64,000 nt of DNA from the human T2T-CHM13v2.0 reference genome, Homo sapiens (GCF_009914755.1 NC_060929.1); one strand, 5' to 3'; positions 10,989 to 26,120 are shown, counted from the first letter of the stretch. Numbers and translations are program-made. Notes: generated by a model not told the origin, from the letters alone.

Positions 10989-13900
10989 TTATTTATTTAT
11001 GCTAGGTTTTCAAATTTATTGCCATATACTTGCTCATATTAGTCTCTAATGATCTTTTGAAGTTCTGTGGTATCAGTTGTAATTTCTCCTTTATTGTCTC
11101 TGATTTTATTTATTTGGGTCTTCTCTCTTTTTTTCTTTGTCTGCTAAAGATTTGTTGATTATCTTTCCAAAAAACAACTTTTCATTGTGTTGATCTTGTG
11201 TATTTTTTTCAATTTCGTTTATTTCTGCTCTGATCTTTATCATTTCTTTTCTCCTACGTATTTTGAGTTTGGTTTGACTTTGCTTTTCCAGTTCTTTAAG
11301 ATGCATCATTAAGTTCGTATTTGAAGTGTTTATATTTTTTTGATGTAGGTGTTTATTGTTATAAACGTTCCTCTTAGTACTCTTTTTGCTGTATTCCATA
11401 AGTTTTGGTATATTCTACTTCTATTTCTATTTGTTTCATGAAATTTTTTATCTCCTTCTTACTTTCTTCATTGACCCACTGGTCATTCAGGAGCATATTG
11501 TTTAATTTCCATGTATTTTTACAGTTTGCAAAATTCCTCTTGTAATTGATTTGTAGTTTTTTTTTGTTGTTGTTGTTTTTTTGCTGCGGTCATGAAAGAT
11601 CCTTAGTATAACTTCAATTAAAAAATACTTTTAAGACTTAATTTATGTCCTAACATATAGTCTGTCCTGGAGAATGCTCCATTTGCTGATGAGAAGAATG
11701 TGTATTCTGCAGCTGTTAGATGAAATGTCCTCTTAATGTCTGTTAGGTCTATAGTACAGATTAAGTCTGATGTTTCTTTGTTGATTTTCTCTCTGGACAA
11801 TTTGTCCAATGCTGTAAGTGGAATTTTGTGGTCTCCATCTATTATTGTATTGGGGTCTATCTCTCTCTTTAGTTTTAATATATTTGCTTAATATATCAGA
11901 GTACTCCAGTGTAGGGTTCATACATATTTATAATTGTTATGTCCCCTTGCTGAATGAACCACTTTATCATTATGTAATGACATTCTTTGTCTCCTTTTTT
12001 TAGTTTTTGTCTTTAAATCTATTTTATCTGTTGTAAGTACAGCTACTTCTCCTCTTTTTTAGGTTTCCACTTGTATGGAATATCTTTTTCCAACTCTTTA
12101 TTTTCCATCTGTGTGTTTCTTTACAGGTGAAGTGAGTTTCTTGTAGGCAACATGTTATTGGGTTGTATTTTTCTTAACCATTTAGCTACTCTGTGTCTTC
12201 TGATTGGACAGTTTAGTTATTTTACGTTGAATGGTTTTATTGGTAGGTAAGGACTTGCTACTGCCATTTTGCTATTTGTTTTCTGGTTGTTTTGTGGTAC
12301 TTTTTCCCTTCCTTCCTTCCTTTCTTCTTTTATGTAAAAGTTATTTTATCTAGTAGTTTAATTTCTTGCTTTTTATTTTTTGTGTATCTGTTATAGATTT
12401 TTTGATTTGCCACAAGGCTTGAAATTATTTATAACCAGTTATTTTAAATTGATAACAACTAAACTCTGGTTAAACACACAAGAAAAATAGCAAATCAACA
12501 AATAAGCAAAGAGAAAACTAATGTAAACTCTACACTTTAACTCCACTCCCCCCAACACATTTCAGCTTCAGAATTTCTGCTTGATTTAACAAAATTATTT
12601 TGATCTCTTTGTTAAATTTCTCTGACATGGTTCTGAATTCCTTCTCTGTGTTTTCTTAAAGTTCATTGAGCTTTCTCAGAACAGCTATTTGAACTGTCTG
12701 TCAGAAAGGTCACATATCTCTATCACTCTGAGATTGTTTGCTGATGCCTTATTTACTTCATTGGGTGAAGTCATATTTTCTGGACTGGTCCTGATGCTGG
12801 TGGATATTTGTCAATGTCTAGGCATTGAAGAGTTAGGTATTTAGTCTATTCTTCACAGTCTGGGGTTGTTTGTTCTCATTCTTCTTGAGAAGGCTTTCCT
12901 AGTATTCAAAGGGAATTGAGTGTGGTCACTGCAACCATATCTGCACTAGGGAGTTCCCAAGTGCAGTAACAGTGCAACTCTTGAAGACTTCTCATGTCTT
13001 GGTAGGCTTGGGTAAAATGCAGGAGAACTCCCTGGATTACCAGTCTCTTGCTCTCTTTCCTCACTTTCCCCCAGACCGAGTCTCCCTCTCTGTTCCAGTC
13101 TGCCTGGAGTTTGGGGAGGTGTGATATAGTCACTCCCATGGCCACCACAGATGGCAATGCACTGGGTCACACCTGAAACCAGCACAGTGCTAGGTCTCAC
13201 CTAAGGCCCATGGCAACTACTGCCTGGCTACTGGTGATGTTTATTCAAGGCCCACCAGCTCTTTAATCAGCAGGTGGTGAATTTTGCCAGGACTTTGTCT
13301 TTCTCTTCAGCACAACAGGTTCCTTTCTGGTCCAGGTCGAGTCTAGGAATGCCATCCAGGAGCTAGGACCTGGAATTGAGGTTTTTGGCATTTTCTTGGT
13401 GCTTTATTTTACTGTGACTGAGCTGGTACTCAAATTGTAAAACAAAGTTCTCTTTACTCATCCTGCTCCTTTCTGCAAGCAGAAAGAGTCTTTCACCAAG
13501 TGGCACTGCCTGGAGTTGGGGGAGAGGTGACACAGCACTTCCTTGGCCACCCTGGGTGGTTTCTCCCTGGGTCATGTGCACCTCACATCCACTGTCTTTG
13601 AGCCCAGTGGAGCACAGTGTCTCACCAGGACTTGCCTCAGGATGATAGTTGTTATGGCCTAGAATGCCTTTCAAATTTATTCAGGACCCCAGGGCACTTT
13701 AGTCAGCTGGTGATGGGGCTAGCCAGATTCAGGTTTCTGCTGCTCTGCCCTACATAATCCACACCTTTAATTTGACTGATAGCCAGCATTTTGGAGTTGA
13801 CTTGGAATACAATTAACTCAGGGTTAATTCCTGAAGTAACTTTTTTAGGTGAGATATATAATTTTTAAGCTTCTATTATAAGTGCAGTAGTTATTAAATT

Positions 13901-14106
13901 ACAAAACAAAGGAATTGGAAAGAAACCTAGAAAGATGGTAGACTTTCAATATATTTTCTCTTCAATGTTGAAATTATAGTTACCAGTTCTAGAATATTAT
14001 TTTTATGTTGTTGCACTTATAATTTTTGGGGGCTGGATTATTAAAAAAATATTTTATATATATAAGTACAAATAATTTACATGCTCATAGTTTCCTTTTC
14101 CCCCAA

Positions 14107-15120
14107 TTTATTTTGGTAAAATACACATAAAATTTACCATCTTAACCATTTTTAAGTGTACAGTAGAGTGATATCAAATACATTTATAATGTTATGCAAC
14201 CATTACTACACTCTATCTCCATCACTATTCCTTTTTATCTCATGAAATTGAAACTTTCTGGTGAACAATATCTCCCCATTTACCCTTCCCCCATCCCCTG
14301 GCAACCACCATTCTAGTTTCTGATTCTATGATTTTTACTACTCTAAGTACCTCAAATAAGTGGAATTGTACAGTATTTGTCTTTTGTGTGGCTTATTTCA
14401 CTTAGCTTAATGTCCTTATTGGGAACCTTGTGTACTATTGGTGGAAGTGTAAAATAGTACAGACATTGTGGAAAACAGTATGGCAGCTCCTCAAAAGAAT
14501 TAAAAATAGAATTGCTGTAAAATTCATCAATATTATTTCTGGATATATTCTCAAGAGAATTAAAAACAGAGTCCTGATGAGAAATTTGTACATTCATGTT
14601 CATAGCTGCATTATTCACAATAGCTAAAATGTGGATAAAATATTCATTATAGCTAAACTAAACAAGTAAACCTGTATGGTTTGGCTGTGTACCCACCCAT
14701 ATCTCATCTTGAATTCCCACATGTTGTGAGACCTGGTGGGAGGTAACTGAATCATGGGGGCAAGTCTTTCCTGTGCTGTTCTCGTGATAGTGAATAAATC
14801 TCATGAGATCTGATGGTTTTATAAAGGGGAGTTTCCCTGCACAAACTCTCTTTATTTGCCTGCTGCCACCCATGTAAGATGTGACTTACTCCTCCTTGCT
14901 TTCTGCCATGATTGTGAGGCCTCCCCAGTCACGTGGAACTGTAAGTCATTAAACCTCTCTTTCTTTTGTAAATTGCCCAGTCCCGGGTATGTATTTATCA
15001 GCAACATGAAAATAGACTAATACAAAATGGATAAGTAAAATGTGTTATATACATACCATGAAATATTATTTAGCCTTAAAAAGAAAAAAAATTCTGGCAT
15101 ATACTACAATATGGATAAAT
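14107..15120 (-). mobile_element. 5'-inverted, truncated L1 (L1MA9/L1MB-like)
   Basis: Antisense 3' end at 14107-14416 joined to a sense-oriented upstream segment at 14421-15120. Confidence 0.8.
14673..15024 (+). mobile_element. THE1B-like solo LTR
   Basis: TGTATGGTTTGGCTGTGT...GAGATCTGATGGTTTTATAAAGGGGAG...GACTAATACA. Confidence 0.92.
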
Positions 15121-16702
15121 ACTGATTTAGTAGTTTATTTTTTATTTTTTGTGTATACATAATTTTTAGATCCCAAGTATCTTGATGAACAAACAGTGAT
15201 GGAAACAGATGGAAATTGAATTTTTTCATATTAGTTTTATTATAGTGATATTATTTATCTTACAGCAATAAAGCCTACCAATTTGATTAACTAAATTGTC
15301 TTAAATTATCCACTGCTTGCTAGTATAATGTGTATGCTTTCACTTTTGTTCCCTTTTTTCCCTTCCTCTCTTTTCTTTCAACATGTCTCATTTCAGGAAG
15401 AATTTGAGGTAGCACAGAATATTCTACAGAAACCAAATGTACAAAGAATAAATTACAGTCAGGTGCCTGTGAAAATATAAATTAGAATAGAAAGTCAATA
15501 ATGCAGATAGACCACAAAATTCAGAAAATGTCTAAGCTTGAATAATATATTTAGCACTGTGATTTGCAGTGGTCTAATAAAAATGCTGATTATATACGTT
15601 TCACTGTTCATGGGAAAATATAGCATGTTCTCAATGAATGTAATTTTTTTCTAGACATTTAATTATGAACAAATTTTTTACATGAAGTGTTTATAGAAGC
15701 CCTCAGGTGATATTATAGAGACAATGTAGGAACAAACATCATGACAGATTTTATTAGAGCTAATAATTAGTTTTAAGAAAAGTACCTACTATGAATTATT
15801 TTTGTAGAGAAATAGATTTTCATCTTATATTCAAGTTTCTTCCTTTTTCCTATATTGAAATACACAGAAATTAGTCCCAGGGAAGTTCTAATTATAAATG
15901 TCTTTGTTCATTGATTTTCGTTTTGTACACTTTTTTTTCTCTTTTTTTCTGTAACAAGGAAGACATCATCTATGTTTTTGAAATCCATGGCCCAAACACA
16001 GAGTATTGTGAGGGCCACATTGGCACATGTATTTCAATTTCTGCAAAACCAAAGCCTAAAATCCTCACTTACAGAGAATCTTTGTGATATCCATTCATGA
16101 TAACATTCATCAAACTGGATCTGAATTCTCTCTCTAGAGTGAATGAAACCACTATTGTCCCTTTACCTAATGAAATAATTTTATGTATTCTAAACTGCAG
16201 ATCTCATTATTTTGGTTAGAGATATCTTTCTGATCCTTGAAATGCAATATGGTTTTTAAAAAGGAGTTCCTAGTCTTTTTATTCTACACCAATCCACTTC
16301 ACTAATCTTCTCATAAATCTGGCAGTATTATCATCCTGCCTGTCTTCCATTATACACACAGAGAGGTTAAAAACTCTCATCCTTGCAATACTATATTTAA
16401 ACCATTGCCATAACCTATTTTTGCTTTCTGTGCATCTTTTGAGAGCGTTGTTTCTGCTGTAACCACACTTCAAAAGCTTTCTTCAAATAATAAGTTTGAG
16501 GCTAGATGAAAGCCTCAGGCTCATTATTTGAGACATATTTTTCAAGGACTTTCAGTCTTCAGTCATCCCATCTCCCCCCCGAATCCAATTTTCAAGGATG
16601 GTTAGAGAAGTGCACCAACGATGATTAATGACACAAAAGCCAGTGACAAGCTGCAAATAAATGCAAGAGACTTCCTAACTAAAAAAAAGAAAAAGAAAAA
16701 AT

Positions 16703-16995
<293 letters not shown>

Positions 16996-17089
16996 TCATA
17001 ATGTGAAATTCTTTTCACAACTATTTAATGAGCACCTACTACACACTAGTACTATTTTAGGTCATAGGTATTTAACTAAGTCCCCAAAA

Positions 17090-17990
17090 TTTCAAATTCG
17101 GGAATCAGAAGTGAAGCTAAAAGACTGCTTGACACCATGAAATTATACACTGTGCAGAGAAATCTATGCACCTTAACATGGATGAAGGCTGGAGAGTGTA
17201 TTAAATGAGATAAAGGGAAAGAATAGGAAAGGTAATTCAGATGTGGCAAAACCTTACGGTTATCTGTCCAGTTAGAGGGAATCAGTTGGTGATGTGCATG
17301 TCACACAATCACAAAAGTGTCATAATGGAAAATTCAGAAGTGACACAGAAACTTCAGCAATCTGCTCATCTTCTGAAAGTCTATTGCACATTAGCTGAAC
17401 AACTGACACATTCTTACCTGGTCTTACTGACATTTTCGCACCCTGAAGGGTAAAGGAAGAGATTACAGAAGCTAATATTTTCAACCTAATTTGGACCAAT
17501 GAGGATAATTTGGTTCATGAAGTGCAATTGACAGTAGCCTTTGGAAAAATTGACCATCTTATTTTAGAATTAGGAGCATAATGGGAAGGATTTTCATTGG
17601 ACGGTTACTCTAGATTTTAAGAAGGAAGACTTCAAAAATTTCAGGTATAAAAAACTCAGAAGAAAGCTCAGAAAAGTAGCAAACTGCTATTGATATAACT
17701 CTGACAATGTAAATCTCAAATTATATTAATGAGGAAGAAAAGAAGGATGGTAGCAGTAGAAAATGACATAACTGTAGAGAGAACTTTATTGTGTGTTCAG
17801 ATTATAAAAAATGCATGCACGGAAGATAAGAAGGAAGACACATAACCAGAAGGAAGACAAATTACTCTAAATATAGAAATGCAGCATAGACCAGCAAGAA
17901 TATTGCAGGAAGGTCAACATACATAATGAGCTGAGGTTTGCAAAATTTGCTACTGACTGTTGAGTTTGGCTTCAATTGGAATGAACAAGG
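17090..17990 (+). mobile_element. L3/CR1 LINE relic (ORF2 endonuclease/linker region)
   Basis: Translates TNEDNLVHEVQLTVAFGKIDHLILEL from 17495, TLDFKKEDFKNFR from 17607 and NELRFAK near 17925; these match CR1 ORF2 motifs (SDH..LEF, TLDFRKADF, NELRLA). Confidence 0.7.
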
Positions 17991-18439
17991 CTATTTTGGA
18001 TGTAAAGTCAAAACTGCTCTGGTTGATACATTTCCTTCACTGCTCTCTTGTTCTCTGGTATTCCTTTTTTTTTTAATTAAATGGACACATTACCTAGTAT
18101 TATAATGATTTCTTTTTTTGCTTTCAGTATTTTCCATAAACCTATTTTATAGCTGATATGTAAGATTCATAAATTTGAAAAAAATATTTTTTTAACTTAC
18201 CAATAATGGAAGTGAAAGAACCCAAGTAAAAGGTGTCAAAATGAGTGTATTAAGAGGCCAAAAGTTCAGAGAGAAAAGATAAAATGGGACCTCAGGATAT
18301 ATATATTTAAATGAATGGCAGAGGTTGTACTCACAAGAGGAATTTTTCTGCCTTCTGGAAACTTTTCTGTAACTAGCTGTGATAGAATTATTATTAAGAT
18401 ATTCCAGGAGAATGAAAACTAGCAGCAGAAATAGAAGAT

Positions 18440-18791
18440 GAGCTTTGTTATCATTTTGTGAGAGAGCTGCATAGAAAGAAACTGGAGATGGCTTCCTAGA
18501 TCTGAAAGTGGCTCCCATTCAAGAGCCTGTAAGAAACAGAGACTTCACTCTTACCACTATAAGGAAGCAAATTCTGTCATTAACTCAAGGGTGCTTGGAA
18601 GTAGATCTTTCCACAGACCAGCTTCCAAATGAGAATGTAGCCAGGCTGACACCTTGATTGCAGCCTTGTGTGGCCCAGAGTAGAAGATAAGCTGTGTCCA
18701 GACCCACAAAAACTGTGAGATAATAAACATGCATAGTTTTAAGCTACCAAGCTGGTAGTAATTTGTTACATAACAATAGAAGACAAATGCA
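18440..18791 (+). mobile_element. MLT1 (D/E-like) LTR, 3' part
   Basis: GCTGACACCTTGATTGCAGCCTTGTG, AACTGTGAGATAATAAA, GTAATTTGTTAC...AATAGAA. Confidence 0.75.
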
Positions 18792-18829
18792 GGAGGAAAG
18801 TAGACCAAGGTAGTAACATGGTATGATGA

Positions 18830-19530
18830 GAGTAGGAGCCAGCTTACTGAAGACAAGTCAAAGTAAGGTCTTCAGCTTTTACTGTGAGTGTGGTGGGAAA
18901 CCAGTGCATGGTTCCAGTGGAGAGGTGATACAATCAAACTTACATTTCAAAAGGATCACTCTGGCAGTTATATGAAGAAAGGTAGAAGCAGACAGCCTAC
19001 TTAAGAAACTATTTTACTAATCAGAGTGTACTGGCTTGAATAAGGCAGCAGAGTAATGAGAAAAGTGGTTGGGTTTTGAAAGTTATTTGAAAGGTGAGTC
19101 TACAGGATTTCTTTGTTAATTGCTTGTGAGGTGAAAGCAAAAGAAAGGAAATGATGCTGAATCTAAGTTTTATTTTTTCATTGAATAACTTTACAAAAAG
19201 AGTGCTGTTGCAGAAATAACTGGAAAATGAACATTACTAAGGGAAATTCAGGGTTTGGGTTTCGTACATGTTAAGTGTGAAAGCCCGCTAAAGATCCCAA
19301 TCTAGGGGCTGAGCAGGCGGTTGATTCATAAGACTGGAATAAGGGGAAGCATCAGCTGGAAATATACATTTAATACTTATTAGCAGAATGAGAGTAATTA
19401 AAGGACTAGGACTTGCCAATAATCTAGGGAGTGAATGCAGGTAGAACAGATGTCCAAAGACTGAACTCTGGGGGTATTCTCATTTAGAGAACAAAGAGAT
19501 GAACAAGAATCAGCAAAGGAGACCAAGGCC
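18830..19530 (-). mobile_element. L2 fragment
   Basis: Purine-rich antisense L2 motifs such as AAAGGATCACTCTGGC, CATGTTAAGTGTGA, CCAAAGACTGAACTCTGGGG. Confidence 0.7.
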
Positions 19531-19864
19531 TCTTGCTGCAAAATATTACTAAAAACCATCAATCACTAAGCATAAAACCATACCAAGAATATCAGAAAAA
19601 GATCATTTATTTATCAATTATTCAATGACTAACCCATGAAAATATTATTTCAACATGAAAAGTTTAATCTTACTAATTTAGTTTGTATTTAAAAAACATT
19701 AAGAATGAAGTAGTATGTTATATTTAATTTTGTCTTTGAAGACATTGCACCTTAAACATTTCTTATCAAGTTCAAAGGAAATTTGTAATTCAAATTAAAT
19801 CCACTAAATGAAAAAACTTTGAGTAAACAAATAAATATGTAATTTTTAAATGACAAGTCAATTT

Positions 19865-20913
<1,049 letters not shown>

Positions 20914-21389
20914 ATGATAAATGTTATCAATAGAGAAAAAGGAAAAATAAAAGGAAACTCATTTGATGGAGAAGGTGGTCAGGGAGAATCTTACTCTAAA
21001 TGCAATATGAAACCATGACATTTTTCAAGCAGGGGAGTGACCTCTTCTCATATTTGTTTCATGAAAGAGCTTGGATTTAATTATTCTCCTGTCCACTATT
21101 ATTTTCTTCTGTAATTCAGAAGATTATTTTCCTTGACAAAGAATCTAAGAGCTATCTAGTAAACAAGGATTTTTAACTTTTCTTAAATCATTCCCTATTT
21201 TCTTTATTGTTCTGACTGCCAAAATAGATTTTAAATTCTGGAAACGTAGGATTTTTAATTAATCTTTGGTGTTTCTGAGGTCCCTCAGGATCCTAGTCAA
21301 GACTAGGTCTGACTCCCTATATATTAAAAGAGTGTGCTCCACTCTACTAAGAGGAAGTCTTGTTTGATCGAATTTCATCACGGGCGCAA

Positions 21390-21578
21390 ATCCCATCACC
21401 TTTGCATCTTTGTTACATAATGTAACCTAGTCAAGGGAATGTCATGCCATGCCATAACCTTTGCTCTATTCTTTTGTTAGAAGCAAAAATCCCACCCATA
21501 TTCAAGGGAAGGAACCATACTGGGTGTAACACCAGGGGCTGAGACTATGAAAGCTATCTTAGAATCCTTCCCATCATA
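21390..21578 (-). mobile_element. MLT1E-like LTR 5' fragment
   Basis: TTACATAATGTAACCTAGTCAAGGGA, ACACCAGGGG, GCTATCTTAGAAT. Confidence 0.55.
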
Positions 21579-21599
21579 CCTCCTAATGTCTCCATCACT

Positions 21600-22020
21600 T
21601 ACTCTGCCCCACCTATTTAGGCCTCCCTTTTGTCCTCCAGGCATGCCTCTATGTTAGGGCCTCTACCTGTTGTTTCCTCTGGTTTGAATATTCTACCTCT
21701 AGATGTTCACAAAAATCTGTCTCATATTTCTTTCTGTCTTTTCTCAAGTGTAACTATAACAAACAGGCCTTCCACCCTGATCATCCTATTTAAAGTAGCA
21801 TTTCCAACAATATTCCCCTATACTCCTGTCTTCATTATGTTTCTTTATCTAGCACCATAGCACTTTACCTAGCTTATTATAGGGTATTTGTTTTCTGTCT
21901 GCCCTTATTAAAATGAAAATTTCCTGAGGCAAGGACTTGTTCTCTTGTTATTCATTCTAGCACTTTTAATGCTGTTTTGTGCATAATAGGTCTTAAATAT
22001 TTGTGGAATAAATGAATAAA
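21600..22020 (+). mobile_element. L2 3' end
   Basis: Pyrimidine-rich body, CCTGAGGCAAGGACT, ends AAATATTTGTGGAATAAATGAATAAA. Confidence 0.75.
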
Positions 22021-22434
22021 TATATTTGATAATTATAGCCAGTATGGTTACATAATATAAGTAATGTAGTGTCTGGAAAGATTTTTTAAAACCTAAAGAT
22101 TTTGTCTGAAAGAACACAGTATTTGAGCTCACAAGCTTTTGATTCTATAGCATGTAGAACTGCTCCATAACCTAATAGCTTTGTGGCTCTGCACAAATAA
22201 TTCTATCTTGTTATGCCTGAATTCCTTTAATCTATGTAGTACTAAAATAATACTGTCTCATATTTGGGTTTCTAAAGAACTCTGCAGTAACACATATAAA
22301 ATATTTATTAAAGTATTTTATAAATAGGAAACTATAAGTACTTACAAATGTAATTGCTCATGGTAGGTTATTCAAACCCGATTCATTAGGTAATTGCCAA
22401 CTCTTATCTCTATTTTATATTGTTTGAGCCCTAC

Positions 22435-23006
22435 TGTTTCAATGATTTCTTCCTGCATAATAAATTACCTAAGATATAACAGTTAAAAACAACAAATTTA
22501 CTTATGATTCTGTGGGCCAGGAATTCAGGCAGGGCTAAGTGGGGATGGCTCCTCTGCTTCACAGGGTACTGGCTAGGGCAGCTCAGCTGGAATTAAAGGA
22601 TTTAACATGGCCTCTCTCACACCTTGAGAACCTCATCCTGGGTGGCTCAATGGCTACGTGTTTTCTAAGATGACTGGATCTCTCTCCTTTCATGGAGTCT
22701 CATGGTCTCAGTTACATGGGGTGTCATTTCTCTTCATGTGACTTCTCTCTCTCCACAGTGTTTCTTCCCCCAGGGCATCTCTTCAGCCAGGCTATCCAAC
22801 TTTTCATGGCAGCTGGCTTTCTAGGGTATGGAAAGGAGAAGCCAAGATCTTTCTTGATGCTTAGGCCCAGAAGTGGCACAGAATCACTTCGTAACAAGCC
22901 AGACCAGTTTCTAAAGGAGGGAAATAGACTCTAGTTCTTTAGGGAACAAGTGGCAGGAGTGTACAGAGATGGAACTGTTGGCAGCCATTCAGCAGATAAT
23001 CCACCA
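22435..23006 (-). mobile_element. MLT1 (H/J-like) LTR
   Basis: ATGATTCTGTGGGCCAGGAATTCAGGCAGGGCT, CATGGCAGCTGGCTTTC, CAGAAGTGGCACAG. Confidence 0.7.
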
Positions 23007-23933
23007 AAAAAACCTAAGAAAATGTACATTGTTAGACCAAAAGTTGGAATACGGAAATAAAGTGAAAACTATATTTTCCAAACTCCACCCTTACAATATC
23101 TAACCTAAAATGAAAAGAGATCAACAAACTAAAACATATACACATGTACACATATACACACACCCACACACATATTAACAACAAAAAGGATCAAAAGTTT
23201 GACATACTAGATTGGAGAAAAATAACTCTAGACAACTCAGTCAAGTAATAATTCAGAAGAAAGACAGCCACTGGAAAATGCTAGAGTATGCCAAGGATTG
23301 GGGATTGAGAATAATTTGATAATACCTTATAAAATGAAGAAATATCTCCATATTGAAATTGGGAACATAATTTCAAAAGTACAGTTGGCTGTCCTGTATG
23401 TAAATTACATAAAAATTGGATTTTTTAGTACTTGTTTTTCTAGCTCTGATGTGGAAATAAGAATATATATCTACCTTGCAGTAGATTATTTTTTTCAGTT
23501 ATAAAAACTATAAAACAGAAAAAGTAAATATTTTTAAAGAGCTAAATCACTATGGATATCAGAGTAATTAAATTCAACATTCATTCTATGCAGCGTATAA
23601 GGGCAAATCCAATCTAAAAAATAAAAAAATGAGACTTGCTAAGACTTGTTGAAAATAAGAGATCCCTCCTCCTCTAAACTTTTCTTAAAGCATTTACTTT
23701 AGAAAACTTGTGAGTTCTTAAACATTTCTGTTTCCCTGAAATGTACAGAAATGTTTTTTAAAAGCTAAATAAGCATTTTGCCAAGCTTGCAACCCAGAAA
23801 TGTCTTTTTGAGGACTTAGGAATCATCTCTTTGAAATGCAATCATCAAGGAAGATAGGACTTTCTATGAAAGTGTATCTGTGAAAGGGTAGGAGGCTAAC
23901 TTTGGCTGATACTGGATTCCGAGTTGCAAAGCC

Positions 23934-24311
23934 TGATGTGGACTGAATTGTATCTTCCTAAATTCATATGTTGTAGCTCATTACGCTAATGGGACTGTAT
24001 CTAGAAATAGTGTCTTTAGGAGATGAGTAAGGTTAAATAGGTCATAAGCATGGAGCCCTATCCAATAAGATTATGGTATTAGAAGAAGAGGAAGAAAGAT
24101 CAAAATCTCTCTTTTGCTCTTTCTCTGCCCTTGAGGACTTCTGGGTAGTCCTCATATTTCAAGCCAGAAAGAGGGTTCTTACCAGGAACCAAAGAGGTCA
24201 GCACCTTGATCTTGGACATCCCACCTCCAGAACTGTGAAAAAATAAATTTCTGTTGTTTAAGGCACCTAGCATTTGGTATTTTGTTATGGCAGCCTGCGC
24301 CGACTAATGTA
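23934..24311 (+). mobile_element. MLT1A LTR
   Basis: TG..GGACTGAATTG..AAATTCATATGTTG; CAGAACTGTGAAAAATAAATTTCTGTTG; GACTAA end. Confidence 0.85.
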
Positions 24312-24660
24312 CTACCTCTACCTCTTGTCATAAAGATATTTATTTTTATTTTAGATAAAGCCAATTAGCTAACACAGGTGGTCAAATCACCCCAATTATA
24401 AGGTGATGTTAAGGTGAATTGTATGTGATAAATGGTGACATCAAGCCCTCTTACTTGAGGACTATTAATTGTTTATCCTGAGAATATGTGTGTAATGGGT
24501 TGTATCTGCTTGTCTATTTAAAAAGGTGAAATTTCTTTTTGACTTGGTAATCTCTCAGCAGATTACCTGTAATGCTCATCACATTGTGGTTTAATGTGTA
24601 CTCAATAATAAAACTGTTTTCTTTTGTGGAAAGGTTTTCTGGGTTGTGAGGAGATTTATC

Positions 24661-24887
24661 ATTATTATTATTATTATTATTATTAATATTTCAGAGACAA
24701 GGTCCCACTCTGTTGCCTAAACTGGAATGCAATGGTGTGATCATAGTTCACTGCCCCCTCGAACTCCTGGACTCAAGCAATTCTCCCACTTCAGCCTCCG
24801 AAGTAGCTAGGACTATAGGCATGTGCCATCATGACTGGTTAATTTTTAAATTTATTTTTATTTTTTATACAGATGGGGTTTGCCACT
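24661..24887 (-). mobile_element. 5'-truncated AluJ with (ATT)n tail
   Basis: Right arm plus part of left arm; AluJ-type GATCATAGTTCACTGC, CTCCTGGACTCAAG. Confidence 0.85.
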
Positions 24888-26120
24888 TTATTTTCCCAAG
24901 AAGATATAGCTCCTGAAATACACAGATTGATCCTAAAAATAAAATAATGTACCAAATAGTTTTAAGTTATTTTTGGTTAATGAGAAATGCAACCAACTCA
25001 CTTCATGGGCAACTAAACTATTGGAAGAGAGGCAGAGATTTAGAAAACTGAACAATGGTATGGACATAGAGAATTCCAAATTCTTTTGTTTTCACCACAT
25101 AGATGTTTGTGCTTGGTTTTATAAGAACTCTTTTATCTTATTTGTAAAATGAGGATAGACTGGACTGGTGGCTTATTGGTAATATCCACGTTTATACATA
25201 TTTCATTGATAATACACTTCATTAAATTAGTTACAAATTGGAGATGCCACATAAGAATTAACTGCTGGATTATGAGAAGACGAAAGAAGGAAGAAAAGTA
25301 GAAGGGGAGGAGAAGAAGAAGAAAAAGAAAAAAAGACTAACTTTTTATTTGGGACATGTGCTTTTTATATGGGACACGTGCTCTTGGGTTTCCCACAATT
25401 TTCACCATTAGTTGGTTTGTTCATCCACTTATGCTTTCTGTACACGTGTATGCAAGATAGAAGTCACTGAACAAACCACTTAAAATAGGTGGGTATGACA
25501 AGAGCAAGAAATAGCTATCTAAATAGTACTTTCCTGCTATCCTTTTGAGGAAACATAACATTTATATGTATACATGGGTAAGGGAAGCCATGAAATGTTT
25601 CCAAGATGTGCTCCAACAAGGCATCCTTCTTTTGTTTCTTGAGGGGCAGCCATTAGTGGTGTAAAGAAAACATGCCTTCACCACCGGTGCCTTAATTGGC
25701 CAGGGTTTCAACATAGAACAAACTATATGCATTTGTAAAGTCAGCTATTGACTGATTGAAAAATCTCACTAGAAGTGAATTTTAAAATACCACCAAAGCT
25801 ATTTGGTTAAGTGTACCTTTACTAACTAGATTTCAATTTTTAATCTTGGTTGTAATGATTTGTTTTTAATATAGACTTAAAATTTCTATTCTTTAAACAT
25901 CTAATTTACTATCTTTTTGTGAAAAAGAATTGCCCCTTTTTATTGTTCAAGGCTTCAAAATGCATATAGTTTTTAAAACAGATGAAAGGTCAAACCTGTA
26001 ATGAAAATTAGTTTTATATCCAGTATACCAAACTATGGCAGCTATGTGGGCTTTCATGTTGTAGTTTTAATGAACATATGATATTTTTATCTGATCTATG
26101 GATAGTATATAAACTATATC

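Larger units (their letters stand above)
23596..24900 (+). mobile_element. ERV1-class LTR (MER34-group-like), interrupted by MLT1A and an Alu
   Basis: CATTTACTTTAGAAAACTTGT, CATCTCTTTGAAATG, AGCCAATTAGCTAACACAG, CAATAATAAAACTGTTTTC. Confidence 0.65.
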
